Shown piece after piece: positions 35,356 to 44,936 of a stretch of DNA of 64,000 nt; positions within the stretch are counted from its first letter, which is position 1, and each line of letters begins with the position of its first letter. The position numbers and the translations under genes are program-made. The stretch spans positions 1,704,261-1,768,260 of the forward strand of contig CP119317.1 of assembly GCA_029203125.1 (NCBI GenBank), given 5' to 3'. This DNA comes from Candidatus Cohnella colombiensis. Lineage in GTDB: Bacteria; Bacillota; Bacilli; Paenibacillales; Paenibacillaceae. Below the pieces are notes generated by a model. That model saw only the letters and a list, made by a program, of their open reading frames with translations, was not told the origin of the DNA and ran no database searches.

Positions 35356-37611
35356 ATGAGTGAAATAAATCAAGAGTATATCGTAATCACGGGTGCGAGA
35401 GAAAACAATCTCAAGAACGTATCCTTGCGCATTCCTAAGCGAAAAATCACGATCTTCACCGGGGTTTCCGGATCCGGCAAATCATCGATCGTCTTCGATA
35501 CGATCGCCGCAGAATCAACGCGGCTGTTGAATGAGAACTTTAGCATGTTCGTGCGCAATTTCTTGCCCAAAGTTCCGCAGCCGGATACGGACGCGATCGA
35601 GAACTTGAGCATGGCTGTTATTGTGGATCAGAAGCGGCTGGGCGGTGGTTCCCATTCCACAATGGGTACGATAACCGATATTTCACCCATTCTGCGTCTT
35701 CTCTTCTCTCGGGTCGGTCAGCCCTATGTCGGGCCAGTTAACTTATTCTCGTTCAACGATCCGCAAGGTATGTGTCCCGAGTGTAACGGGATCGGTCGCA
35801 GGCTAGGTGTCGACATGAGTAAGGCTGTGGACATGTCAAAGTCGCTCAATGAAGGGGCTATCTTGCTTCCAGGCTATACGGTAGACGGCTGGGAGTGGAA
35901 TATGATACTACAGTCGGGGTCCTACGATCTTGATAAGAAGCTAAGCGATTATCCCGAGGAAGAACTGGAACAGTTGCTATATGGCAAAGCCAGGAAAGTG
36001 GAGATGGATTTCGCTGGCAAGGCGATGAACATAACGGTGGAAGGCATCATCGAGAAGTTTACCAACAAGTACATCAAGCAGGATTTGAAGACGAAATCCG
36101 AGCGCACGCAACAATCGGTTGCGCCGTACATCACCGAGGGTCCCTGCTCCAGTTGCCGCGGTGCAAGACTCAGTCAGGCTGCGCTTGGCTCCAAGATCAA
36201 TGGACTCAACATTGCGCAGATGTCGGCAATGGAGGTCGGACAGCTCATCCGAGTCATTCGGGAAATTGACATTGCTGCAGCAGCGCCGATCATCAAGTCG
36301 CTAACGGAGCGCTTGCAGCATCTGGTGGATATCGGACTGGACTACTTGACGCTGGATCGTGAGACGGATACGTTGTCCGGCGGTGAGTCTCAGCGCGTCA
36401 AGCTAGTGAAGCACTTAAGCGGCAGTCTGGTGGATGTCACTTACATCTTCGATGAGCCTAGTATTGGATTGCATCCCCGCGACGTACATCGGTTAACTGA
36501 ATTGCTTCGGAAGCTACGCGACAAGGGCAATACGGTTATTGTTGTGGAGCATGATCCTGACGTGATCAAGGTGGCGGATCATATCGTCGACGTCGGACCT
36601 CATGCCGGCAGCCGAGGTGGTTCCATCGTGTATGAAGGAAGCTTCCAAGGCCTCCTGGAATCAGGCACGCTGACAGGAAATTTTATGAAGCGATCGCTTC
36701 ACCTGAAGCAAGATTACAGGCAACCGTCCGGCAAATTGTCGATCAAGAATGCGACGCTGCATAACGTGCAGAACGTGAGTTTAGATATTCCAACCGGTGT
36801 GCTGAACGTCGTTACAGGTGTCGCCGGATCGGGCAAGAGTACGTTGATTAACGACGTTTTCCTTAGCCAGCAGCCGGATGCGATCGTCATCGACCAATCG
36901 GCTGTAGGCGTGTCAACACGCTCGAATCCCGCGACCTATACGGGCATTATGGATGATATACGCAAAGCGTTTGCTTCCGCGAACAAGGTAGGACAAGGCT
37001 TGTTCAGTTTCAACTCTAAGGGTGCATGTGAGAACTGCCAAGGGCTAGGCGTTGTGTATATAGACCTTTCATTCTTCGACAGTGTGAAACTTCCGTGTGA
37101 AGTATGCGGAGGTAGAAGGTTCAAAGAAGAGGTACTTGCGTACAAACTGAACGGCAAGTCTATAGCAGAAGTGCTAGAGATGACTGTGGAACAGGCATTG
37201 GATTTTTTCCAGCTAAAAGAGGTTGTGCGCAAGCTCCAGGCAATGAGCGATGTAGGTTTGAACTATATTACACTCGGTCAGCCGCTTAGCACGCTCTCAG
37301 GCGGGGAATGCCAGCGCATCAAGTTGGCAAGTGAGCTTCATAAGAAGGGTAGCATCTACGTGATGGACGAACCAACGACCGGGCTACATATGTCAGATAT
37401 CGGTCACCTTCTGGAGATCATGAACCGCCTTGTGGATGCCGGCAATACGGTGATTGTCATTGAGCACAACCTTAATGTAATCAGCCAAGCGGATTGGATT
37501 ATTGATATGGGACCAGACGGAGGCAGCAAGGGCGGACAGGTGGTTTTCGAGGGCACACCTCTGCAGATCATCCATGCGGAGCATTCGATTACGGGAAAAT
37601 ACTTAAGATAG
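35356..37611 (+). CDS. UvrA paralog (class II, short form lacking the UvrB-binding domain)
   Basis: 751 aa versus about 940 for canonical UvrA. Two Walker A motifs (GVSGSGKSS, GVAGSGKST), two signatures (LSGGESQRV, LSGGECQRI) and Zn modules (CPECNGIGR, CSSCRGARL, CENCQGLG..CEVCGGRRF). Confidence 0.88.
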   Translation: MSEINQEYIVITGARENNLKNVSLRIPKRKITIFTGVSGSGKSSIVFDTIAAESTRLLNENFSMFVRNFLPKVPQPDTDAIENLSMAVIVDQKRLGGGSHSTMGTITDISPILRLLFSRVGQPYVGPVNLFSFNDPQGMCPECNGIGRRLGVDMSKAVDMSKSLNEGAILLPGYTVDGWEWNMILQSGSYDLDKKLSDYPEEELEQLLYGKARKVEMDFAGKAMNITVEGIIEKFTNKYIKQDLKTKSERTQQSVAPYITEGPCSSCRGARLSQAALGSKINGLNIAQMSAMEVGQLIRVIREIDIAAAAPIIKSLTERLQHLVDIGLDYLTLDRETDTLSGGESQRVKLVKHLSGSLVDVTYIFDEPSIGLHPRDVHRLTELLRKLRDKGNTVIVVEHDPDVIKVADHIVDVGPHAGSRGGSIVYEGSFQGLLESGTLTGNFMKRSLHLKQDYRQPSGKLSIKNATLHNVQNVSLDIPTGVLNVVTGVAGSGKSTLINDVFLSQQPDAIVIDQSAVGVSTRSNPATYTGIMDDIRKAFASANKVGQGLFSFNSKGACENCQGLGVVYIDLSFFDSVKLPCEVCGGRRFKEEVLAYKLNGKSIAEVLEMTVEQALDFFQLKEVVRKLQAMSDVGLNYITLGQPLSTLSGGECQRIKLASELHKKGSIYVMDEPTTGLHMSDIGHLLEIMNRLVDAGNTVIVIEHNLNVISQADWIIDMGPDGGSKGGQVVFEGTPLQIIHAEHSITGKYLR

Positions 37612-37630
37612 TGTACTACGTGGGATGACC

Positions 37631-37660
37631 AACCGCCAACTCAGAGTTGGCGGTTATTTG
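37631..37660 (+). terminator. rho-independent terminator
   Basis: AACCGCCAAC / GTTGGCGGTT stem followed by a T-rich tail. Confidence 0.75.
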
Positions 37661-37732
37661 TGTTGAAATTTTGATTTCATAGACATAACGTGTGATAATG
37701 GTTCGACATGATTCCTGGAGGCATATGCAATA

Positions 37733-39691
37733 TTGAAACGTTACCCTTTTGAATACGACCATTCCCGTCCATTTCTACAACAGGTAGGGGAGTGGGTCGC
37801 CGATGTGTTTTACGATATATTACCGGAAGCCGGTTTCGAAGTTCGCGATGAGCAAATCTATATGGCTTACCAACTGGAGAGAGCATTTGCCCAGAAGCAG
37901 ACGATCTTCGCAGAGGCCGGTGTTGGAACGGGCAAAACGCTAGTGTATCTGTTGTATGCAATCTGTTATGCACGGTATACTCGTAAACCGGCGATTATTG
38001 CCTGCGCCGACGAATCCTTGATCGAACAGTTGGCGAAGCCTGAAGGTGATCTTGCTAAGCTGGCTCGACATTTGAACCTTGCAATCGACACCAGACTGGC
38101 AAAGTCCGCGGATCGTTACCTATGCTTGGTCAAGATGGATCAAGTAAATAGCGATGATGAGGACTCGGAAGCGCTTGGAGCGGTGCGCGATGAATTGCCC
38201 AAGTTTGTCCGTCAAATTGAAGCGATGCAGTCGTTTCATGCATACGGAGATCGTAAACAATACCCGTACTTGAACGATCGACAGTGGAACAAAATTAGTT
38301 GGGATTCATTTCAAGATTGCTTTTCTTGCGAACAAAGACACCGCTGTGGACAGACGTTATCCCGCGAACACTATCGGAAATCCGACGATTTGATCATTTG
38401 CTCGCATGACTTCTACATGGAACACGTATGGACTTATGAAGGACGGAAACGGGAGGGGCAGCTTCCACTGTTGCCGGATCACTGTGCCGTCGTATTTGAC
38501 GAAGGGCATCTACTAGAATCTGCTGCACAGAAAGCTTTAACCTATAAGCTCAAACACTCGGTGTTCGAAGAATTGATTACTAGATTGTTAAGAGGCGAAA
38601 TTCGGGAATCATTGGCCGTACTCATTGACGAAGCAATTGACCGCAGTGAGTCCTTGTTCGTGACACTTTCGGGACATTGCGAGGATATCCCAGGCTCCGA
38701 CCGGAAACGGATTATACTGGACCAACCTCTTCTGGAAGAAGTCCGTCTATTCCGTCAGGTGATTGAAGCGATCGAAGAAGAGCTTGTTTTCGAGAGCGAG
38801 CTTTATACCTTGAACGAGTACCAACTGCGAATTGTCGAAGAGCATCTGGAGACGATCCAAAAAGCTTTAAGCTTATTTCAGAATTCTGGCGCGTTGATAA
38901 GTTGGGCAACGGAAGCAGAGGACGGACTTACCTTGGTCATCATGCCCAGAGCCGTTAAAGAAGTGTTACGCGAAAGGGTATTTGCACTAAATATGCCAGT
39001 TGTATTTTCATCCGCCACATTGTCCGTAAACGGATCGTTTGATTATTTTGCGAGCAACTTGGGAATTGACCGCTATGAGTCTTTCAGCACGAAATCCCCC
39101 TATGATTATAAGGAACAAATGGAAGTCTTGGCGCCTAAATTTCCTCACGGGGCTTCGTTCGAGGAGAAAATGAAGGCTGCCTTGAGCCTGCTTAAACGTA
39201 CAGAAGGCAGGGCGTTGATTTTGTTCAATGACAATGAGGAATTACGAATGTTCAAGGAGTTACTCTCTTCTTATCCGGAATGTGCTGATCTGCGATTCTG
39301 GTTTGAAAGTGACGCTGAAATCAGCCAACTTATTAGCAATTTTCAACGAGATGAGGCAAGTATTTTGTGTGCGGTAAGTCTATGGGAGGGCCTCGACATC
39401 CCCGGGCCTTCACTTTCGAACGTTATCGTCTGGTCGCTGCCTTTTCCTCCTCAAGATCCGGTATTTATGGCGAAGCGTGAAGCGGCGGCATCTTCGTACG
39501 ACGAGGTAGATTTGCCCTATATGCTTCTTCGTTTGCAGCAAGGGATGGGGAGATTGATTCGCACTCGTGAAGATCGTGGCATCGTCGCCATCTTAAGCGA
39601 GGAAATACAACAAGTCCCGCAACTTCGACAGGCTATTGAGGCATTATTACCGGAAGGGGTTCCATTGCAAGATTGGGAGCTTCATGATTGA
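37733..39691 (+). CDS. DinG/XPD(Rad3)-family ATP-dependent DNA helicase with an Fe-S cluster Cys set
   Basis: Walker A AGVGTGKT and a DEGH box (VVFDEGHLLE). Four Cys lie between motifs I and II (RYLCLV, QDCFSCEQRHRC). C-terminal helicase motifs (LWEGLDIPG, QGMGRLIRT). TTG start. Confidence 0.85.
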   Translation: MKRYPFEYDHSRPFLQQVGEWVADVFYDILPEAGFEVRDEQIYMAYQLERAFAQKQTIFAEAGVGTGKTLVYLLYAICYARYTRKPAIIACADESLIEQLAKPEGDLAKLARHLNLAIDTRLAKSADRYLCLVKMDQVNSDDEDSEALGAVRDELPKFVRQIEAMQSFHAYGDRKQYPYLNDRQWNKISWDSFQDCFSCEQRHRCGQTLSREHYRKSDDLIICSHDFYMEHVWTYEGRKREGQLPLLPDHCAVVFDEGHLLESAAQKALTYKLKHSVFEELITRLLRGEIRESLAVLIDEAIDRSESLFVTLSGHCEDIPGSDRKRIILDQPLLEEVRLFRQVIEAIEEELVFESELYTLNEYQLRIVEEHLETIQKALSLFQNSGALISWATEAEDGLTLVIMPRAVKEVLRERVFALNMPVVFSSATLSVNGSFDYFASNLGIDRYESFSTKSPYDYKEQMEVLAPKFPHGASFEEKMKAALSLLKRTEGRALILFNDNEELRMFKELLSSYPECADLRFWFESDAEISQLISNFQRDEASILCAVSLWEGLDIPGPSLSNVIVWSLPFPPQDPVFMAKREAAASSYDEVDLPYMLLRLQQGMGRLIRTREDRGIVAILSEEIQQVPQLRQAIEALLPEGVPLQDWELHD

Positions 39692-39707
39692 TCACAAAAG
39701 GGGTTTC

Positions 39708-39731
39708 AAGCCCGCCATTTCAGGCGGGCTT
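39708..39731. terminator. bidirectional terminator between convergent genes
   Basis: AAGCCCGCC / GGCGGGCTT stem. Confidence 0.7.
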
Positions 39732-39752
39732 TGTCTTGCCCTCTTTAACCCA

Positions 39753-40373
39753 TTACTTTTTCAATCCAGCTGCAAAGAGAGGGCCATTCACTGTTATGGT
39801 GGATAGGATCTGAGCCATCTCTAAAGGCGATTCTTTCCTGCCGCTATTCAACCATTGCTGAATCACTCCGATATGAGCAGATGCAATATAAGAAGCTAAA
39901 TAAGGTGCTGGAACAAGCAATTGATCTTTCTTAATATGTGAAGTAATTTTGTCCTCAAATAATGATTTCCACATAAATTCTTTTAGTTTTGTTTGGAAAG
40001 ATAAATCCCCTTTTGAACTTAACACAACCTTCATAAACCTACTATTCTTATTCATATATTCGAAGATAGAAACAGCGATGGTCAAAGGTGTTGTCGGATC
40101 AAAGCGTTTATCAAGTTCCGAAATAACATTTGGAAAGTTCTGTTTTACAATGTGGGACATTTCTTGCATGATTTCTTCCATACACTTAGTCATTAAATCA
40201 AACTTGTCCTGATAATGAGAATAGAAAGTGCCTCTATTTATTTTTGCTATAGTTGTTATATCTTTCACAGTGATTGGTTCAAAGCCTTTTTCTTCAATTA
40301 ACTCCACTAACGCATTTCGGATTGCCTCTTTTGTACGAATGACGCGCAAATCCATTTGATTATGCAAGTTCAT
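39753..40373 (-). CDS. TetR-family transcriptional regulator
   Basis: HTH ..GFEPITVKDITTIAKINRGTFYSHY... The start is ambiguous: ATG 40373, TTG 40367 or ATG 40355, all after GGGGGA. The ORF-track start at 40433 is unlikely. Confidence 0.82.
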   Translation of the reverse strand: MNLHNQMDLRVIRTKEAIRNALVELIEEKGFEPITVKDITTIAKINRGTFYSHYQDKFDLMTKCMEEIMQEMSHIVKQNFPNVISELDKRFDPTTPLTIAVSIFEYMNKNSRFMKVVLSSKGDLSFQTKLKEFMWKSLFEDKITSHIKKDQLLVPAPYLASYIASAHIGVIQQWLNSGRKESPLEMAQILSTITVNGPLFAAGLKK

Positions 40374-40533
40374 TCCCCCTTTTTTTATCCAACACATCTC
40401 TATGAAGTGTGTTCTAACCAACATATTGGCCATTTGTGATTATTGTATAATGTTAATTTTCGTCATACAATTCTTATAAATAATCAACACGTTGTTTGTT
40501 ATTATAATTTGATTTATGAAGGAGCACAATCCT

Positions 40534-41664
40534 ATGTTTAAAAACAAACTTTTGTTAGCATCACCCATCATTGCATTGTTGATCGTATTTATTTTTTCAC
40601 TTACGTTATTCCCATCAGTCCAGCCCCAACCGAAAAATTTGCCTATTGCGATCGTAAACGAGGATCAAGGTGAACTGGGACAAACTATCGTTGATAGAGT
40701 TCAAGCTTCGGCAAACGGAGTAGAAGATTCTCCAGTTAAATGGATGGTCGTACAGAATAATGAGCAAGTCCAAGAGGGTTTGGATAATCAAGAGTATTAT
40801 GCGGCATTAGTGATTCCAAAGGATTTTAGCTCCAAGCAAGCATCACTACAAACAGCAGAACCTTCATTACCTGAATTAGAAATATATATTAATCAGGGAA
40901 TGAATATGGCGGCATCAACTATGGCGAGTCAAATGTTGAATGGAGTAGTTGACAACTTGAACAATAATGTTCGTACTCAATTACTACAAGGATTTGAAGC
41001 ACAAGGTACAATGTTGACCGTACAACAGGCTACTAATCTAGTAACTCCTATTACAAAGAAGATCACAATTGTAAATGAGATTGGCACAAATAGTGCAAAT
41101 GGTAACTCTCCAGTTTCATTATTCCAACCATTATGGATGGCAAGTTTAGCGGCTGCTGCAATCCTATATCTTGTTATTAGCAAACTATCTTTCACTACTA
41201 GAAAAGAGACCCTTGCAACAAAGATCAAACAAATATTTCTGGGTGCTGTTATTTCATTAATAATTGGGTTTAGTCTTTCCTGGATCGCTGACGGAATGGT
41301 CGGATTGAATATCCCTGATTACATGGATACAGCCTTATTTTTATCAATCACTTCATTTAGTTTCTTCTTAATGATTACTGCTGTACTTTCGTTAATTGGG
41401 ATAAAGGGTATTCCTATTTTTGTCTTAATCCTTTTCTTCGGTGCACCTTTATTAGCATTGGCACCTGAAATGATGTCTCCATTTTACCGTGATTGGATTT
41501 ACTCTTGGCTACCGATGCGATTTATGACACAAGGACTTCGAGAACTGTTCTTCTTTGGCAAAGGGTTGACCTGGAATACTCCTGTTACTGTACTTGTTTC
41601 AATTGGATTGGTCAGCATATTGATCATACTTGCAACTGCTTTGAAGCGTAATACACGAAAGTAA
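40534..41664 (+). CDS. YhgE/Pip-domain membrane protein
   Basis: N-terminal TM helix, an extracytoplasmic domain of about 170 aa, and a C-terminal 5-TM ABC-2-like bundle. A GAAGGAG RBS lies 9 nt before ATG 40534. Confidence 0.7.
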   Translation: MFKNKLLLASPIIALLIVFIFSLTLFPSVQPQPKNLPIAIVNEDQGELGQTIVDRVQASANGVEDSPVKWMVVQNNEQVQEGLDNQEYYAALVIPKDFSSKQASLQTAEPSLPELEIYINQGMNMAASTMASQMLNGVVDNLNNNVRTQLLQGFEAQGTMLTVQQATNLVTPITKKITIVNEIGTNSANGNSPVSLFQPLWMASLAAAAILYLVISKLSFTTRKETLATKIKQIFLGAVISLIIGFSLSWIADGMVGLNIPDYMDTALFLSITSFSFFLMITAVLSLIGIKGIPIFVLILFFGAPLLALAPEMMSPFYRDWIYSWLPMRFMTQGLRELFFFGKGLTWNTPVTVLVSIGLVSILIILATALKRNTRK

Positions 41665-41685
41665 TTGAGGGAAGGGGCACTTAGC

Positions 41686-42648
41686 ATGGCAATCATTGAG
41701 ATTGATCATCTGACCAAGGATTACGGACAAAATCGAGGGGTATTCGATGTCTCTTTCAACGTAGAGCAAGGTGAGGTTTATGGATTTCTAGGACCGAATG
41801 GAGCAGGTAAAACATCAACTATCCGTCACATTATGGGTTTCTCACGTCCACAAAAAGGGCGAACATTGGTATTCCGAATGAACAGTTGGGAACGTGCAAG
41901 TGATATTCAAAGGGAATTGGGATATTTGCCTGGCGAAATCGCGTTTCCAGAGTCTCTGACCGGTACCGAATTCATCAGAATGATGGCGGATCTGCGTGGT
42001 ATCACCAATATGAAGTATACGGAAAGCTTAATAAACAAGTTTGAGCTTGATCCCTCTGGAAGTCTAAAACGAATGTCACTCGGCATGAAGCGTAAGCTCG
42101 CGATCGTTACGGCATTCATGCATGACCCCGCCGTACTAGTTCTTGACGAACCGACAAGCGGATTGGATCCAATTATGCAGAACTTCTTTATCGAGTTCAT
42201 TAAGGAAGAGAAGAAGAGGGGCAAAACGATCCTCTTATCGAGTCATATATTCTCTGAAATTGATGCGACATGCGATAAAATTTCAATTATTAAGGACGGT
42301 CGCTTGATTTCCTCATTCGTTGCAGATGAATTGCGCCATAACGAACTTAAAACGTTTGAACTTGAATTCAAAACCGAAGTGGCATATATGCAGTTTGAGG
42401 AAAAGGCAAAATCGGTGCCTCAATTGAAGATTGTTTCGTTAACGCCGAACAAGCTGCAGACAACTTTGCAAATCAACGATTCGGATATTAATACTTTTAT
42501 ATCTTTCATTTCCAACTTTGACGTTAAGTTTTTCTCAGAGATCAAATTCACATTAGAAGATTACTTCATGAAATATTACGACCGAAGAGACACCAACTCT
42601 AACGAGACAGGAGGTGCCGGTGCCAATGTCATACATTCAAATCAATAA
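41686..42648 (+). CDS. ABC transporter ATP-binding protein (ABC-2 subfamily), tandem paralog 1
   Basis: Walker A GPNGAGKTS, signature MSLGMKRKL and Walker B VLVLDEPTSGLD, plus a C-terminal extension of about 90 aa. Confidence 0.88.
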   Translation: MAIIEIDHLTKDYGQNRGVFDVSFNVEQGEVYGFLGPNGAGKTSTIRHIMGFSRPQKGRTLVFRMNSWERASDIQRELGYLPGEIAFPESLTGTEFIRMMADLRGITNMKYTESLINKFELDPSGSLKRMSLGMKRKLAIVTAFMHDPAVLVLDEPTSGLDPIMQNFFIEFIKEEKKRGKTILLSSHIFSEIDATCDKISIIKDGRLISSFVADELRHNELKTFELEFKTEVAYMQFEEKAKSVPQLKIVSLTPNKLQTTLQINDSDINTFISFISNFDVKFFSEIKFTLEDYFMKYYDRRDTNSNETGGAGANVIHSNQ

Positions 42649-43528
42649 CCTGACAAAGGACTATGGGGATGGTCGGGGTATCTTTGACCTCAACCTAGAG
42701 ATCGAGAAGGGCGAGGTATTTGGTTTCGTTGGTACGAATGGTGCTGGAAAAACCACAACAATTCGTCATATGATGGGCTTCTTGAAGCCACAAAACGGCA
42801 CCGTAACCATCAATGGGATGAACGGCTGGACGGACGCCGCCGAGATTAAGAAATTGATCGGGTATATCCCTGGAGAGATTGCCTTCCCTGATGCACCAAC
42901 AGGTACGGAGTTTCTTAAGAGGCAAGCAGAACTATTGGGGTTAACAGACATGTCTTACGCGGAATCCATTATCAAGATGCTGCAGCTTGATCCCACAGCT
43001 AATTTGAAAAGAATGTCCAAAGGGATGAAGCAGAAAACCGCAATCGTAGCAGCCTTGATGGCTGATCCAGACATTCTAATATTGGATGAGCCGACAACGG
43101 GGTTAGACCCACTGATGCGAGCTGAGTTCGTCAAACTTCTGAACGAAGAGAAGAGGAAGGGAAAGACGATCTTTATGTCAAGTCACATGTTCGAGGAAGT
43201 CGAACACACTTGCGATAAAGTTGCCTTAATCAAAGGCGGTAAGTTGATTGCGGTCAAACGGACCTCTGAGGTAAGAAGAAGTGAAAACAAACAATATAAG
43301 ATTGAGTTTATAACACATGCAGATTATGTGCGCTTCTTGTCCGAACCGTTCAAGATCACAACTAAACGAGATAACCAAAATCAAGTGTTTATCCAAATTA
43401 ACGATGCAGATATCAATCTGTTATTCCGAACGCTTACGGGGTATCCGATCAAGTTCATTAAAGAAATCAAGTATACGCTGGAGAGTTACTTCAAGGGTAT
43501 TTATGAGGAGGACAAAGTCCATGCTTAG
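42626..43528 (+). CDS. ABC transporter ATP-binding protein (ABC-2 subfamily), tandem paralog 2
   Basis: Walker A GTNGAGKTT, signature MSKGMKQKT and Walker B ILILDEPTTGLD. Colinear with paralog 1. Confidence 0.88.
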   Translation: MSYIQINNLTKDYGDGRGIFDLNLEIEKGEVFGFVGTNGAGKTTTIRHMMGFLKPQNGTVTINGMNGWTDAAEIKKLIGYIPGEIAFPDAPTGTEFLKRQAELLGLTDMSYAESIIKMLQLDPTANLKRMSKGMKQKTAIVAALMADPDILILDEPTTGLDPLMRAEFVKLLNEEKRKGKTIFMSSHMFEEVEHTCDKVALIKGGKLIAVKRTSEVRRSENKQYKIEFITHADYVRFLSEPFKITTKRDNQNQVFIQINDADINLLFRTLTGYPIKFIKEIKYTLESYFKGIYEEDKVHA

Positions 43529-44306
43529 CAAACCCATACTCAAACAAACGATAAAAGCCAATCTAAGGCTATGGCTCATCTTCACGATGATCATGACTGT
43601 GTTTCATGTCGTTTTTATCGCCGTGTTCAATGCAAGCACCATATCAGACCTGTCGAGCTTGGTAAAGGACTCACCTCTTGCCAGTCTACTTGGAGAAACT
43701 TCGTTTCTAGGCATGCTTTCCAATACGTTCTATGGGATTCATGGTGCGCTTCTTCCTATTATATTCATCATTATGACAGCGAACGGTCTAATCGCTTCGC
43801 AAGTAGATCGAGGATCGATGGCTTATTTGCTATCTACACCGACGAAGAGAAGCACGGTTGTCCGTACGCAAGCAACCTTTCTGATTGCTTCGCTTATCCT
43901 TATGATGTTGATCATTACATTGGCGGGGTATATCGCCATTCAAGCGTTCCAAGGTGAAACCGACATCCGTATTTTCGACTATTTTATGCTTAACCTAGGG
44001 TTGTTCCTGCTATGGTTTGCGACTAGTAGCATTTCTTTCTTTTTCTCCTGTGTATTCAATCTAAGTAAAAACTCATTGGCGTGGGGAGCAGGCATACCGT
44101 TGGCATTCTTCCTCTTTAAATTGATGGGGGACGTTGACAGTAGCTTGGAGAAGTTAAAGTATTTCACCTTGAACACTCTGTTTGATACGAGTGCTGTGTT
44201 GAACGGTAGCGGCTATGCGATCCAATATGTTGTTCTTGCTGTCGTTGGAGTCATCCTAAATATTTTGGCTGTACGTGTATTCCAGCGAAAGGATTTGCCT
44301 TTGTAA
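43521..44306 (+). CDS. ABC-2 type permease
   Basis: MLSKPILKQTIKANLRLW.. N-terminus and six TM helices. ATG 43521 follows GAGGAGGA and overlaps the upstream stop. The ORF-track start at 43317 is rejected. Confidence 0.8.
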   Translation: MLSKPILKQTIKANLRLWLIFTMIMTVFHVVFIAVFNASTISDLSSLVKDSPLASLLGETSFLGMLSNTFYGIHGALLPIIFIIMTANGLIASQVDRGSMAYLLSTPTKRSTVVRTQATFLIASLILMMLIITLAGYIAIQAFQGETDIRIFDYFMLNLGLFLLWFATSSISFFFSCVFNLSKNSLAWGAGIPLAFFLFKLMGDVDSSLEKLKYFTLNTLFDTSAVLNGSGYAIQYVVLAVVGVILNILAVRVFQRKDLPL

Positions 44307-44374
44307 ACGAAGCAAAGTAACATATCCGCCTCACCTACAATATGATGAGTCTAGAAATCTAAAGAGGTGAGTCT

Positions 44375-44818
44375 ATGGCAGTTGTAAAAGCCAGAAAACA
44401 GGATATTGATATGTTGGCAAGGTTGCTTCGAGCTGAAGCTGAGACTGAAGGCGAACAGGGCATGCTCCTAGTTGGCAATGTTGGCATTAACCGAGTAAGA
44501 GCGAATTGCTCCGATTTTAAAGGACTGCGGACAATTCCCCAAATGATCAACCAGCCGCATGCGTTCGAAGCATTGCAACATGGTATGTTCTATCAAAACG
44601 CAAGAGACAGGGAACGCCGTCTGGCGCAACGGACTGTGAATGGGGAGCGGAGTTGGCCAGCTAAATTTTCACTATGGTATTTCCGTCCAGGAACGTTCGA
44701 AAATCCCGGACCCTGTCCGCCAACTTGGTATAATCAGCCGATCGCAGGACGTTGGAAGAAGCACTGTTTTTATGAACCGACCGCACAAGAATGTGAAAAT
44801 GTTTATAATACGTTTTAA
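44375..44818 (+). CDS. cwlJ: spore cortex-lytic cell wall hydrolase CwlJ
   Basis: Near colinear with B. subtilis CwlJ as I remember it (MAVV.A...D...MARLLRAEAE.EG.QGMLLVGNVGINR.RANCSDFKGLRTI.QMI.QPHAFEA...WPAKFSLWYFRP...CENVYNTF). Confidence 0.9.
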   Translation: MAVVKARKQDIDMLARLLRAEAETEGEQGMLLVGNVGINRVRANCSDFKGLRTIPQMINQPHAFEALQHGMFYQNARDRERRLAQRTVNGERSWPAKFSLWYFRPGTFENPGPCPPTWYNQPIAGRWKKHCFYEPTAQECENVYNTF

Positions 44819-44869
44819 TTTATTAAACTTAGGCTGTGTTAAATCCTGATGTAGATCTTTACGATAAGA

Positions 44870-44896
44870 AAACCGCCTCGTTGTAGAGGCGGTTTA
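44870..44896. terminator. bidirectional terminator
   Basis: AAACCGCCTC / GAGGCGGTTT stem. Confidence 0.75.
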
Positions 44897-44936
44897 TTGA
44901 GGTATCGTACTCCTGAATTTCACTCTAGCATCGCGG

